Assembly (NCBI GenBank): GCA_902523885.1
Contig: CABZAV010000001.1
Span: 114,208 to 178,207 of the forward strand
Origin: an uncultured SAR86 cluster bacterium
Lineage (GTDB): Bacteria > Pseudomonadota > Gammaproteobacteria > Magnimaribacterales > AG-339-G14
DNA length: 64,000 bases
Direction: 5' to 3'
The first letter of the stretch is position 1; each line of letters opens with the position of its first letter. Below, piece by piece: positions 30,371 through 42,071 of this stretch. Made by a program: the position numbers and the translations under genes. Under the pieces are notes generated by a model. That model worked only from the letters and a program-made list of their open reading frames with translations, ran no database searches and was not told the DNA's origin.

Positions 30371-31315
30371 ATGGAAAATTACGTAATAAAAATAGTTCCT
30401 TCAGATCATTCAGGTCAAAGACTAGACTCAGTAATTGCAAAGTTATTTCCAGATTTTTCGAGATCTAAATTAAAAAATTGGATAGATTCAGGTTCTGTCT
30501 TTGTAAATGATAACCCTTTAATAAAACCTAGCAAAAAAGTAAATGGCGGCGAGGAAATCAAAATTTTCATTGAAGAAGAAAAAATGGTTTCTGCAGAACC
30601 GCAAGATATTCCATTTGAAGTAATCCACGAATCGATAGATTTTTTAATAGTTAATAAAGACGCTGGAATGGTCGTTCATCCTGGAGCAGGAAACCATAAA
30701 AATACTTTATTAAATGCTCTTTTATTCAAATTTCCAGAGGTAGAAAATCTTCCAAGAGCAGGAATTGTTCATCGGTTAGATAAAGAAACCTCGGGTTTAA
30801 TGATTGTTGCTCGAAGTCAAAATGCTTACAAAAACTTGTCTGAGCAAATTTCACAAAGGTTGGTCAAAAGAACCTATCAGGCTTTTGTGGTTGGAAATGT
30901 ATCCAGATCAGGAAGAGTTGAAGAGCCTGTTGGCAGACATCCGCGCAATCGTCAAAAGCAAGCTGTTACTGATAAAGGAAAATATGCATTAACTAAATAT
31001 TCCATTGTAAAAAAATATGGAAATTACACTCATTTAGAAGTTAATTTGGAAACTGGAAGGACGCATCAAATTCGTGTCCATATGAGCCACATCGGGTTTC
31101 CATTAATTGGCGATGTTCTTTATGGCAGAAAAAAAAGATTTGCAAAATCAACTAATTCTGACTTGAGGGAAGTAATTGAAAAATTTCCACGTCAAGCTTT
31201 GCATGCTTCTAATCTATCTTTTGAAGAATTGGATAAGAAAAAAATAGTGAGTTTTAAAAGTCCATTGCCTGAAGACATATTAAATTTAGAAAAAAACTTA
31301 AAAAACTTAACTTGA
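30371..31315 (+). CDS. rluD: 23S rRNA pseudouridine(1911/1915/1917) synthase
   Basis: S4 domain RLD..SRS, VVHPGAG, GIVHRLDKETSG, TGRTHQIRVH and QALHA motifs. Start is ATG 30371, or TTG 30365. Confidence 0.95.
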   Translation: MENYVIKIVPSDHSGQRLDSVIAKLFPDFSRSKLKNWIDSGSVFVNDNPLIKPSKKVNGGEEIKIFIEEEKMVSAEPQDIPFEVIHESIDFLIVNKDAGMVVHPGAGNHKNTLLNALLFKFPEVENLPRAGIVHRLDKETSGLMIVARSQNAYKNLSEQISQRLVKRTYQAFVVGNVSRSGRVEEPVGRHPRNRQKQAVTDKGKYALTKYSIVKKYGNYTHLEVNLETGRTHQIRVHMSHIGFPLIGDVLYGRKKRFAKSTNSDLREVIEKFPRQALHASNLSFEELDKKKIVSFKSPLPEDILNLEKNLKNLT

Positions 31316-31322
31316 ATTTTTC

Positions 31323-31350
31323 TTGACTTGGCATAAAGGGGTGTCAAAAT
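31323..31350 (+). promoter_or_regulatory. Sigma70-like promoter of ilvIHC
   Basis: TTGACT-16 nt-CAAAAT with TG in the extended -10 position. Confidence 0.45.
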
Positions 31351-31390
31351 TCGGTTCCTTGTAACGTTTTCAACTATTTTGTAACTGCAA

Positions 31391-33129
31391 ATGGATAAAA
31401 ATATGACTTCTGGTGGAGAGGCTTTAATTAGGGCACTGTCAGATGAAAAAATAGACATCATTTTCGGCTATCCGGGCGGTGCCGCTTTGCATATATATGA
31501 TGCAATTTATCAACAAGATAAAGTTCAACACATTTTAGTTAGACATGAGCAAGCAGCCGTCCATGCAGCAGACGGATTTGCTAGAGCTACTGGCAAAACT
31601 GGAGTTGCTTTAGTGACATCAGGTCCAGGAGCTACAAATGCCATCACAGGTATCGCAACCGCTTACATGGATTCAATTCCTTTAGTTGTTATTTCAGGAC
31701 AAGTCGCCAGTCATCTAATTGGAACTGATGCTTTTCAGGAAACAGATATGATTGGTATTTCAAGACCAATTGTTAAGCACAGTTTTTTAGTACAAAGCGC
31801 CGAAGAAATTCCAGCAATAGTAAAAAAAGCTTTCCACATTGCTTCGTCAGGTAGGCCGGGACCTGTAGTTATTGATGTTCCAAAGGATATGACCGATCCT
31901 AAAGTTGAGTTTGAATATAAATTTCCAAAGGATCTTTACCTGAGATCTTATCCAATTTTAGGCGAAGCAGATCCAACAGAAGTATCTGATGCCGTCAAAA
32001 TGCTCAAAGCAGCTAAAAAACCAGTTATTTATTCTGGTGGTGGCGTGATTCAATCAGACGCTTCTGAAGAGTTAGTAAATTTATCTAAAATGATTGGAGC
32101 CCCAGTTACTAATACTTTAATGGGTTTAGGAGCATTTCCTGCAACGGATAATCAATTTATCGGTATGTTAGGTATGCATGGCACATATGAAGCAAATATG
32201 GTTATGAGTGAAGCTGATCTCATTTTCAATGTTGGCGCAAGGTTCGACGATAGAATTACCAACAACCCAAAAAAGTTTGGTCTGGAAGCAAAAAAAATTC
32301 ACATTGATTCTGATCCTTCTTCGATAGATAAAATTATTAATGTCGATGTTGCTTTACAAGGTGATGCAAAACTTGTTTTGTCACAACTTTGTAAAGAATT
32401 TGAGAATTCCAAATTGAAAAACACAGATCTTAAGCCTTGGTGGGGTCAGATTAATGAGTGGAAGGAAAAGCATGGTTTGAATCACGATATGTTAAATTTA
32501 GAAAACCAAAAAGATATAATTCTTCCACAACAAGTTATTCAGTCGCTCTATAAAGTTACTAAAGGAAAAGCTTTTATAACTTCTGACGTTGGGCAACATC
32601 AAATGTTTGCTGCTCAGTACTATAAATTTGACGAACCAAGAAAATGGATAAACTCAGGAGGTCTGGGAACTATGGGATTTGGGTTGCCCTCAGCAATGGG
32701 AGTCAAGTTTGCGTTTCCAGATGCAGATGTCGCTTGCGTCACTGGAGAAGGAAGCATTCAAATGTGTATTCAAGAGCTTTCAACCTGCAGTCAATACGGA
32801 CTTCCCGTAAAAATTATAAACCTTAATAATAGGGCTTTGGGTATGGTCAAGCAGTGGCAAGATATGCAATACGGAGGCAGATATTCAAGTATTTCTTACG
32901 AAGATTCTCTTCCAGATTTCGTTAAATTAGCTGAATCGTTTGGGCATGTGGGCTTGAAGGTAGAAAAGTTTTCTGAATTGAATGCTGCTATGGAAGAAGC
33001 TTTTTCCCTTAAAGATAAATTGGTTTTTTTAGATGTTTTAATCGATCCAGATGAACATGTTTATCCAATGTTAGAAGCCGGTGGCTCAATGTCAGAAATG
33101 AGAATTAGCAAAAAAGATAAAACTTTCTA

Positions 33130-33130
<1 letters not shown>
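31391..33130 (+). CDS. ilvI: Acetolactate synthase large subunit
   Basis: FGYPGGA, RHEQ, TSGPGATN, DVGQHQM, SGGLGTMGFG and GEGS...NN ThDP motif. Confidence 0.95.
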
Positions 33131-34688
<1,558 letters not shown>

Positions 34689-34706
34689 TAAGTATTTTTT
34701 AAAAAA

Positions 34707-35579
34707 ATGATTTTCTTGGATGGAGCCTTAGGCAGCATTCTTCTTCAAAGAGCCAATAAATCATCCACTGGCTTATGGTCGGCCCAATTTTTGCTCAATG
34801 ATCCAGCAGCGGTTACAAAGCTTTATGAAGAATACGTGAGTATTGGCTCAAATTTGATAACGACCAATACCTACTCAACTATTCCAAGTTATTTAGATAA
34901 AGAAAATATTTCTGCTCAAATGTCAGAACTTATTGATATTGCTGGCAGGCTTGCAAGAGAAGTTGCCGATAAACACGAAAATGTCAGGGTCGCGGGATCG
35001 CTTCCTCCTTTAGAAGAGAGTTACAGACCTGATTTAGTTTTAGAAGAAACTAAAGCTTTGCCAATTTATAAAACTTTAATTGAAGGCTTGTTGCCCTATG
35101 TAGATATTTTTCTATGTGAGACTATTTCATCAATTCAAGAAACCAAAAATGTTTTAAAGGCACTAGATTTGTACAATAAAAATATTCCCATTTGGCTTTC
35201 ATGGACTCTGAAAGAAGATAAAAAAAATGTTTTGCGAAGTGGAGAATCTATCGAAGAGGCTTTTGCTTTTGCAGAGCAATATAATCCTGAGGCTTATTTA
35301 TTCAACTGCACAGATCCTAATGCTATCTCATCTGGTTTGGAAGTATTAAGAAATCTTACCGATAAACCTATTGGCGGTTACCCTAATGTTTTTTCAGTTC
35401 CTGATGGTTGGACTTTGGATAATGATGTTGAGACATTGAAGAACGATTTGACCAAGGAAAGTTTTTCAAGTTTTTGCCAAGCTTGGCAGGAAAAGGGCGC
35501 ATCGATTTTTGGCGGTTGTTGCGGCATTGGCCCGGAACTTATGGCTGAGATGATTGCGACACTGAAGCAGCAAAATTAA
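34707..35579 (+). CDS. Homocysteine S-methyltransferase family protein (stand-alone Zn/Hcy-binding domain)
   Basis: LDGALG, LWS, TNTY, GSLPP, CET, FNC and GGCCG (Zn ligands). Confidence 0.9.
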   Translation: MIFLDGALGSILLQRANKSSTGLWSAQFLLNDPAAVTKLYEEYVSIGSNLITTNTYSTIPSYLDKENISAQMSELIDIAGRLAREVADKHENVRVAGSLPPLEESYRPDLVLEETKALPIYKTLIEGLLPYVDIFLCETISSIQETKNVLKALDLYNKNIPIWLSWTLKEDKKNVLRSGESIEEAFAFAEQYNPEAYLFNCTDPNAISSGLEVLRNLTDKPIGGYPNVFSVPDGWTLDNDVETLKNDLTKESFSSFCQAWQEKGASIFGGCCGIGPELMAEMIATLKQQN

Positions 35580-35634
35580 ATTTTCGCTTACTATCTAAAT
35601 CTATTTCTTGTACTATTGTCGTCCCATTTGTAAT

Positions 35635-35711
<77 letters not shown>

Positions 35712-35713
35712 AA

Positions 35714-35740
35714 AAAACTTTTAAAACTTTTAAAACTTTT
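35714..35740. repeat. Tandem repeat (AAAACTTTT)x3
   Basis: Three exact 9-mers at 35714, 35723 and 35732, filling the gap between the tRNA-Ile 3' end and the epoxide hydrolase stop. Confidence 0.85.
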
Positions 35741-36873
35741 TATCTAAATAATGAGAAGTATTTTCTAATTTCACCAATGAAAATTTCTGGTTTTTCAAAT
35801 GCAGCAAAATGTCCACCGGAATCTAAAACGTTGTAATAAGAAAGATTTGTATATCTCTTTTTAAGCCAGCGTTCGGAGGCTCGAAAGATTTCTTTTGGAT
35901 AAACGCTGACACCAGTTGGCGTTGTAACTTCTTCGCCATCAAAGTCACCAAAACTCTCCCAATAGAGTCTAGCCGAAGATGTGGCGCTTTCAGTTAACCA
36001 GTAAAACATCACATTGGTAAGCAAATCATCTCTTGAAATCACATTTTCAGGATCGCCATTGCAATCCGTCCATTGGTAAAATTTTTCTATAATCCAAGCT
36101 GCTTGTCCTATTGGAGAATCAGTTAATCCATAACCAAGAGTTTGAGGTCTAGTTGACTGTTGTTTTGAGTAACCTGAATCCCAATCTTGATAAAATTGAA
36201 ATCCTGCTAAAGCGGATTGCTCAAGTTTGGTTAAATCATTCATGGTTTCCATGTCAGGTGCAACGATCGCCATATTTAAATGGATAGCTTCACAGTTTTC
36301 GTCTTGCATACCTAAGGCAGTAGTTACAGCTGAACCCCAGTCTCCGCCTTGAGCAAAATATTTTGTGTAGCCCAGTTCTTTCATAAGTTGTCTGAATGTA
36401 TCTGCAATTTTTTCAACCCCGAAACCAGGAGTTGTTGGCTTGCCTGAAAATCCAAAACCCGGTAGCGACGGTGTTACTATATGAAAAGCATCTTTTGGGT
36501 CTCCTCCGTTTAGGGTTGGATCGGCTAAAGGCTTGATAACCTTAAGAAATTCAACGATAGAGCCCGGCCAACCATGTGTAATGATCAAAGGCTTAGCTTC
36601 AGAATGAGGAGATTTAATGTGAATGAAATGAATATCTAAGTCATTAATTTTTGCTGTGAATTGGGGAAACGCATTTATTATTGCTAGTTCTTTATTCCAA
36701 TCGTACTCATTTAACCAATAAGAATGAATTTCTTTCATGTAAGACAATGGTATGCCTTGCGTCCAATCTGACGGGGTCTCTTTGTCAGGCCATCTTGTGA
36801 GCTCGAGTCTCTTTTTTAAATCATCAAGTTTTTCTTCAGGTATGTTTATTGAGAAATCTTTTATTGTTGTCAT
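35740..36873 (-). CDS. Epoxide hydrolase (EHN / microsomal-type alpha/beta hydrolase)
   Basis: EHN N-domain (RWP, YW...YDW), HGWPGS, PSLPGFGFS, QGGDWG and GGHFAAFEKP motifs. Confidence 0.93.
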   Translation of the reverse strand: MTTIKDFSINIPEEKLDDLKKRLELTRWPDKETPSDWTQGIPLSYMKEIHSYWLNEYDWNKELAIINAFPQFTAKINDLDIHFIHIKSPHSEAKPLIITHGWPGSIVEFLKVIKPLADPTLNGGDPKDAFHIVTPSLPGFGFSGKPTTPGFGVEKIADTFRQLMKELGYTKYFAQGGDWGSAVTTALGMQDENCEAIHLNMAIVAPDMETMNDLTKLEQSALAGFQFYQDWDSGYSKQQSTRPQTLGYGLTDSPIGQAAWIIEKFYQWTDCNGDPENVISRDDLLTNVMFYWLTESATSSARLYWESFGDFDGEEVTTPTGVSVYPKEIFRASERWLKKRYTNLSYYNVLDSGGHFAAFEKPEIFIGEIRKYFSLFR

Positions 36874-36874
36874 T

Positions 36875-38776
36875 TTAATTTTTACTGGATTTTTCTTGGC
36901 ATGATGGAGGCAAATTTATAGTTGGATTGCTATCAAAAAAACCAGATGGAATTAATTGGAATCCACAATATTCGACTGGCATTACAGGCCAATCTTCTGG
37001 TCTAGGCACATGCGTTACTCCGAAAGTATGCCAGGTCACTAGATCACACTTGCTAATATCTCTATCGCTTGCAGTCATTTCATCTAAACCCCCTTGACCT
37101 TGATGCATTACTGTAAATCTGCCACCACCAGAAATTTCACCTTTTTCAAAAGGCGTTGCCCATAAATTATATTTTGCAAAAGAAGCTCTTTTTCCTGTGG
37201 GAGAATCGAAATCAGACAATAGCACAGGAGAATAACCTGGTAAAAATTTATAGGCTGATTCACCGCCAATAGAATTCTTTTTATTTGGGTTAGTTATTTT
37301 CCATACTCTACTTTTTTCCGGGGCAATGTTTCTTTTTGCCTCTGACTCTTTTTTTAGGTGATTTGAGATTGCTTGGAATTGTGTTCCATGTGGATTTTTA
37401 TTTCCAATTGTAACTCTTTCTGCATTTGTCTCGATCAGTTTATTTTGACCGCCGTCTAAAAACCAATCTATCCTCACGTTGAAAAGATGTTGATGAATAG
37501 GAGAAACCAGTTCTTCCGTAATTTTCATATCTTGCTCTGGATTATGAATTTCTTCGTTGTGGGCACTTATTCCCACAATTCCTGTCAACTTCATTTCTAA
37601 TTCAATTGTTCCATCTAAATAAAAGTACCAAAAAATTCCGTAATCGTAATTACCTACTGTAGAAAAAGAACTAATCACTAATCTTCTGGATCTTCTTACC
37701 TCGCTGTGGCCTTCGCCAATTAAATGAGAATGTTTCCATTGAATTCCATAATCCTCCTCATGTAAACAAATTGCATTTTTTATCGTTTCAACAGAGCCAT
37801 CAAAATTCAATTTATTAGTATTAAAGTAATAAATTTCTCCGAGACAATCACATCCTAAAGTCAAAGAATTAGACAATGATCCAAAGCCATACTCTGTGCC
37901 ATCGTGTACAGCTTTCCAAGAATGCATTGGATCGGCAGAGCCGTAAGGAACAACCATATCAGACATGCTTGCACGGTAAAAAATCTCTCTTTTATTCAAA
38001 TTTAAATTATGAATTACTAATCCTTCGATAGGATCAATTGAAACTCTTAGGTTCCATCCTTCCCAACTAATTTCATTATTAGAGACTTCGAAACCTGGTC
38101 CATCGGGTTGAGTAATAGAAATATCTTTGGGTCTATTTCTAAAAACTTCTTGAGAAGCAGCATCATACTTTGCTGATTGCTCGGGTAAGTTGCTTATCCC
38201 TTGATCTTCAATTTCAACAATACAATTATCTGTTAGATCGACATGAGAAATTAGTCCAGATATTGGTCTGGCGTAGGCATTGTCTTCTGGGTTCTCTTTT
38301 AAAAAAGAGATTGTTTTAAGAGCTCTGTGACCTTCTTTAATTTTTTCATGCGTTATCCCTCCGCCCGGCCAAGGATCAATTTGAATAAGACTAAGATCTG
38401 TAATTCCTCTTTTTTCTAAAGCGGCTTGATATTCGTCATTTTCTAAAGTTAATTGGATAGCGGTCTTAATTTCTAACATCGTATAAGTCGGGCCTGCAGC
38501 ATCGGGAATAACATTGAGCGAAGTAACTTTTTCTTTATTCAAATCGATGGATGCTTCGAACCCTTTTGACGATGAATCGATGCCAATAATCTTTGTTTTC
38601 CTAGAAAAGGTATCACCGACTTTGAAATTTTTTACAAAATTTTTATCGGGTTCTTCTAGACTGATATAGCTAAAGACTGAGTTTTCATCAGAATTATTAT
38701 CTGATTTAAAAATATTTACAGATTTTTTTATTTCGTCTTCAGAAAGAGAATCTAATGGATGCATAGTATTATTCAT
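36875..38776 (-). CDS. Copper-containing primary amine oxidase (TPQ-dependent)
   Basis: HPLD N-terminus, TVGNYDY topaquinone consensus, HQH plus a C-terminal His (GVTHVPRPEDWPVMP) as Cu ligands, LGCDCLG; no signal peptide. Confidence 0.95.
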   Translation of the reverse strand: MNNTMHPLDSLSEDEIKKSVNIFKSDNNSDENSVFSYISLEEPDKNFVKNFKVGDTFSRKTKIIGIDSSSKGFEASIDLNKEKVTSLNVIPDAAGPTYTMLEIKTAIQLTLENDEYQAALEKRGITDLSLIQIDPWPGGGITHEKIKEGHRALKTISFLKENPEDNAYARPISGLISHVDLTDNCIVEIEDQGISNLPEQSAKYDAASQEVFRNRPKDISITQPDGPGFEVSNNEISWEGWNLRVSIDPIEGLVIHNLNLNKREIFYRASMSDMVVPYGSADPMHSWKAVHDGTEYGFGSLSNSLTLGCDCLGEIYYFNTNKLNFDGSVETIKNAICLHEEDYGIQWKHSHLIGEGHSEVRRSRRLVISSFSTVGNYDYGIFWYFYLDGTIELEMKLTGIVGISAHNEEIHNPEQDMKITEELVSPIHQHLFNVRIDWFLDGGQNKLIETNAERVTIGNKNPHGTQFQAISNHLKKESEAKRNIAPEKSRVWKITNPNKKNSIGGESAYKFLPGYSPVLLSDFDSPTGKRASFAKYNLWATPFEKGEISGGGRFTVMHQGQGGLDEMTASDRDISKCDLVTWHTFGVTHVPRPEDWPVMPVEYCGFQLIPSGFFDSNPTINLPPSCQEKSSKN

Positions 38777-38906
38777 TTTTTCAACTTTTAAATCTTAAAA
38801 AAATACACTTTTTTGATAATTATTTTTTTAGTAAGATCAATTCTAAAGATCAGCGGGGAAATTTCCATCATTTAACAAAAATTTATTTCGTTATCATTCA
38901 ATTGCT

Positions 38907-39170
38907 ATGCACAAAAAAAATACAACATACTGGAAATCAAATTTAAAAATTGTCATTTCTTTGCTGACAGTATGGTTTTTGGTATCTTTTGGATTCGGAA
39001 TAATTTGGTCAGATGCCTTAGATAATATTCAAATCGGTGGCTTCAAATTAGGATTCTGGTTTGCCCAACAGGGCAGTATTTTTGTTTTTGTAATCATAAT
39101 TTTCATTTATGTGTTTTTACTCAATAGATTAGATAAAAAACATTTTTCTAAATCTTCAGAGGACGATTGA
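38907..39170 (+). CDS. DUF4212 family small membrane subunit of sodium:solute symporter
   Basis: YWKSNL, GFKLGFWFAQQGSI and two TM helices; abuts the SSS gene. Confidence 0.88.
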   Translation: MHKKNTTYWKSNLKIVISLLTVWFLVSFGFGIIWSDALDNIQIGGFKLGFWFAQQGSIFVFVIIIFIYVFLLNRLDKKHFSKSSEDD

Positions 39171-40919
39171 ATGGAAACACAAACGCTCACCTATTTATTT
39201 GTCGGTGCCTCTTTTGCACTTTATATAGGCATTGCTTTTTGGTCGCGTGCAAAATCCACTAATGATTTCTACGTGGCTGGAAAAGGAGTCAATCCGATAG
39301 CAAATGGAATGGCAACTGCGGCTGATTGGATGTCTGCTGCTTCTTTTATTTCTATGGCTGGATTGATTGCCTTCCTTGGTAAAGACGGTTCGGTATATTT
39401 AATGGGATGGACGGGGGGCTATGTCTTATTGGCTTTGTTATTAGCTCCTTATTTAAGAAAATTTGGTCAATATACAGTGCCAGATTTTATAGGAACTCGT
39501 TATTACTCAAATACTGCAAGATTAGTTGCGGTGATATGCCTTATTTTTGTTTCCTTTACTTATATCGCTGGTCAAATGAGGGGAGTCGGTATAGTTTTCT
39601 CGAGATTTTTAGAAGTAGATATCGATCTTGGAGTGATCATTGGCATGATAATTGTATTTTTTTATGCAGTTATGGGAGGCATGAAAGGTATTACTTATAC
39701 TCAGGTTGCCCAATATTGTGTAATGATTTTTGCCTACCTAGTACCAGCAATTTTTATTTCTATTCTAATCACAGGAAACCCAGTCCCCCAATTAGGCTTT
39801 GGTGATACTTTAGTTGGTTCTTCAACTTTTTTATTAGACAAATTAGATCAAGTTACAACCGATCTTGGCTTCGGTGCATATACAGAAAATACTAAAACAA
39901 ATATAGATATCTTTTGTATAACAGCTGCATTGATGTTTGGTACTGCTGGCTTACCTCATGTAATTGTTAGATTTTTCACTGTACCTAAAGTTAGTGACGC
40001 CAGAAAATCAGCTGGTTATGCATTAATTTTTATAGCTCTTTTATATACAACTGCTCCAGCTGTTGCAGCCTTTGCAAGAATTAACTTTGTTGATTCCATT
40101 CAAAATGTTGAATACTCAGCCGCTCCAGATTGGTTTAAAAATTGGGAGAACATTGGATTAATTGCTTGGCAGGATAAAAACAATGATCAATCTATTCAAT
40201 ATTCATCGGGAAATGCTTTGGAAGGAGTTAGACCTGATTATTCAGACCGCAGAGGTACAAATGGAGAAAGAATTTTAAATAACAGACCAAATGACAACAA
40301 TGCTAATGAAATTTATATTGATCGCGATATTATGGTGCTTGCCAATCCAGAAATTGCAAAATTGCCTGGATGGGTTATTGCATTAGTAGCAGCTGGAGGT
40401 TTGGCAGCTGCTCTTTCAACAGCTGCTGGATTGTTGCTTGTCATATCATCATCTGTCTCTCATGACTTGTTAAAAAAAACCTTCATGCCAAGAATAAACG
40501 AAAAACAAGAACTTCTTTTTGCTAGAATTGCCTCAGCCGTAGCGATTGTTATCGCAGGCTTATTTGGAATTTATCCTCCTGCTTTTGTTGCACAAGTTGT
40601 GGCTTTTGCTTTTGGATTGGCAGCCTCGACAATTTTTCCAGCGCTTTTGATGGGAATTTTTTCAAAAAGACTCAACAAAGAAGGAGCCATTACGGGAATG
40701 ATCTTCGGCTTAATTTTTACTTCTTCTTATATAATTTATTTTAAGTTTATAAATACTTCCTTAAACTTCTCAGAAAATTGGTTGTTAGGAATTTCTCCAG
40801 AGGGAATAGGCTTTGTTGGGATGTTGATAAATTTTGCAATTGCCTTTTCTGTCTCAAGCATTACAAGCAATCCACCGAGAGAAATAAATGAAATGGTAGA
40901 AAACATAAGAAAACCTTGA
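39171..40919 (+). CDS. Sodium:solute symporter (ActP-like monocarboxylate symporter family)
   Basis: ANGMATAADWMSAASF, GGMKGITYTQVAQY, GTAGLPHV..RFF and GGLAAALST motifs. Confidence 0.92.
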   Translation: METQTLTYLFVGASFALYIGIAFWSRAKSTNDFYVAGKGVNPIANGMATAADWMSAASFISMAGLIAFLGKDGSVYLMGWTGGYVLLALLLAPYLRKFGQYTVPDFIGTRYYSNTARLVAVICLIFVSFTYIAGQMRGVGIVFSRFLEVDIDLGVIIGMIIVFFYAVMGGMKGITYTQVAQYCVMIFAYLVPAIFISILITGNPVPQLGFGDTLVGSSTFLLDKLDQVTTDLGFGAYTENTKTNIDIFCITAALMFGTAGLPHVIVRFFTVPKVSDARKSAGYALIFIALLYTTAPAVAAFARINFVDSIQNVEYSAAPDWFKNWENIGLIAWQDKNNDQSIQYSSGNALEGVRPDYSDRRGTNGERILNNRPNDNNANEIYIDRDIMVLANPEIAKLPGWVIALVAAGGLAAALSTAAGLLLVISSSVSHDLLKKTFMPRINEKQELLFARIASAVAIVIAGLFGIYPPAFVAQVVAFAFGLAASTIFPALLMGIFSKRLNKEGAITGMIFGLIFTSSYIIYFKFINTSLNFSENWLLGISPEGIGFVGMLINFAIAFSVSSITSNPPREINEMVENIRKP

Positions 40920-40977
40920 ATTTAAGACACTCTCTTAGCCATTAACTTATTCATAAATAAAATATATATTTACTTTA

Positions 40978-42060
40978 ATGAAAATTTTGAGAACTCCTGA
41001 TAAATACTTTGAAAAGCTCAAAGATTATCCTTTTGAACCAAACTACACCACGATAAAAACAGAGGATGGAAGTGATCTGAGAATTCATCACATAGATGAA
41101 GGCCCAAAAGATGGCCCAGTCCTTTTAGCAATGCATGGACAACCTGTATGGAGTTATCTTTACTCAAAGATGATTCCTTTTCTAACGAATGCTGGTATTC
41201 GAGTCATCGCTCCTGATTTGCCTGGATATGGAAAATCCGATAAGCCTGCAGAAAGAGAAGACTACAGCTATCAAAAACAAGTAGATTGGATGACAGATTG
41301 GCTTACTGCCAATGACTTTAAAAGTCTTACTTTTTTTGGTCAAGATTGGGGCGGGTTAATCGGATTGAGAATGGTCGCAAACGAGCCAAGTCGATTCGAT
41401 AAGGTTTCGATGGGCAATACTGGGTTGCCTTACAATCCTGAGGCACCCAAAGAAGTTTTAGAAAAAATAAAAGAGTTTAGAGAAAGCAATCTCAAGCTAA
41501 CTCCCATATCGATGGCTAAAGAAATTAGCGAAATGGATGGGAAAAGTTTGTCCCAAGAAGATACAGAATTTCATCCTGCATTGAAATTTATGTATTGGCA
41601 AAAATTCTGTTGGGATACAGTTGATTTACCAACAGGCCTCTTGATGACGAACATGATGGAAAAAAATTCCAGATTAAATTCAGCGGCATATTATTTATTT
41701 GTTTCACTAGGGTTAGGAAAATATTTTCCTTTCAAATCCGACGTTGCTAAGGCATATGAAGCACCATTTCCCGACCCAAGTTACAAAATGGGGCCTAGAG
41801 CTATGCCAAGTCATGTTCCTACAATACCGGATCAGTCACTTGAAGCACAAAGAAAAGCAAGAGAAGTATTTAAAAATTGGGACAAACCTTTTTTGAGTGT
41901 ATTTGCTGGTGATGACCCTGTTACCAACGGAATAGAAAGAGATGTTTTGTCAATGTGCCCCAATGCAAAAAGCGCCCCTCATATAGGTGGCGGTCATTTT
42001 TATCAATGGACGAGACCCAAAGAACTATCAAACTTATTAATTAATTTTATCAACACTTAA
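40978..42060 (+). CDS. Haloalkane dehalogenase family (HLD-I/DhmA-like) with enlarged cap
   Basis: MKILRTPD, HGQPVWSYLY, QDWGG nucleophile, AYEAPFP, GDDP acid and GHFYQ base; 360 aa. Confidence 0.88.
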   Translation: MKILRTPDKYFEKLKDYPFEPNYTTIKTEDGSDLRIHHIDEGPKDGPVLLAMHGQPVWSYLYSKMIPFLTNAGIRVIAPDLPGYGKSDKPAEREDYSYQKQVDWMTDWLTANDFKSLTFFGQDWGGLIGLRMVANEPSRFDKVSMGNTGLPYNPEAPKEVLEKIKEFRESNLKLTPISMAKEISEMDGKSLSQEDTEFHPALKFMYWQKFCWDTVDLPTGLLMTNMMEKNSRLNSAAYYLFVSLGLGKYFPFKSDVAKAYEAPFPDPSYKMGPRAMPSHVPTIPDQSLEAQRKAREVFKNWDKPFLSVFAGDDPVTNGIERDVLSMCPNAKSAPHIGGGHFYQWTRPKELSNLLINFINT

Positions 42061-42071
42061 GGAGAATAATC

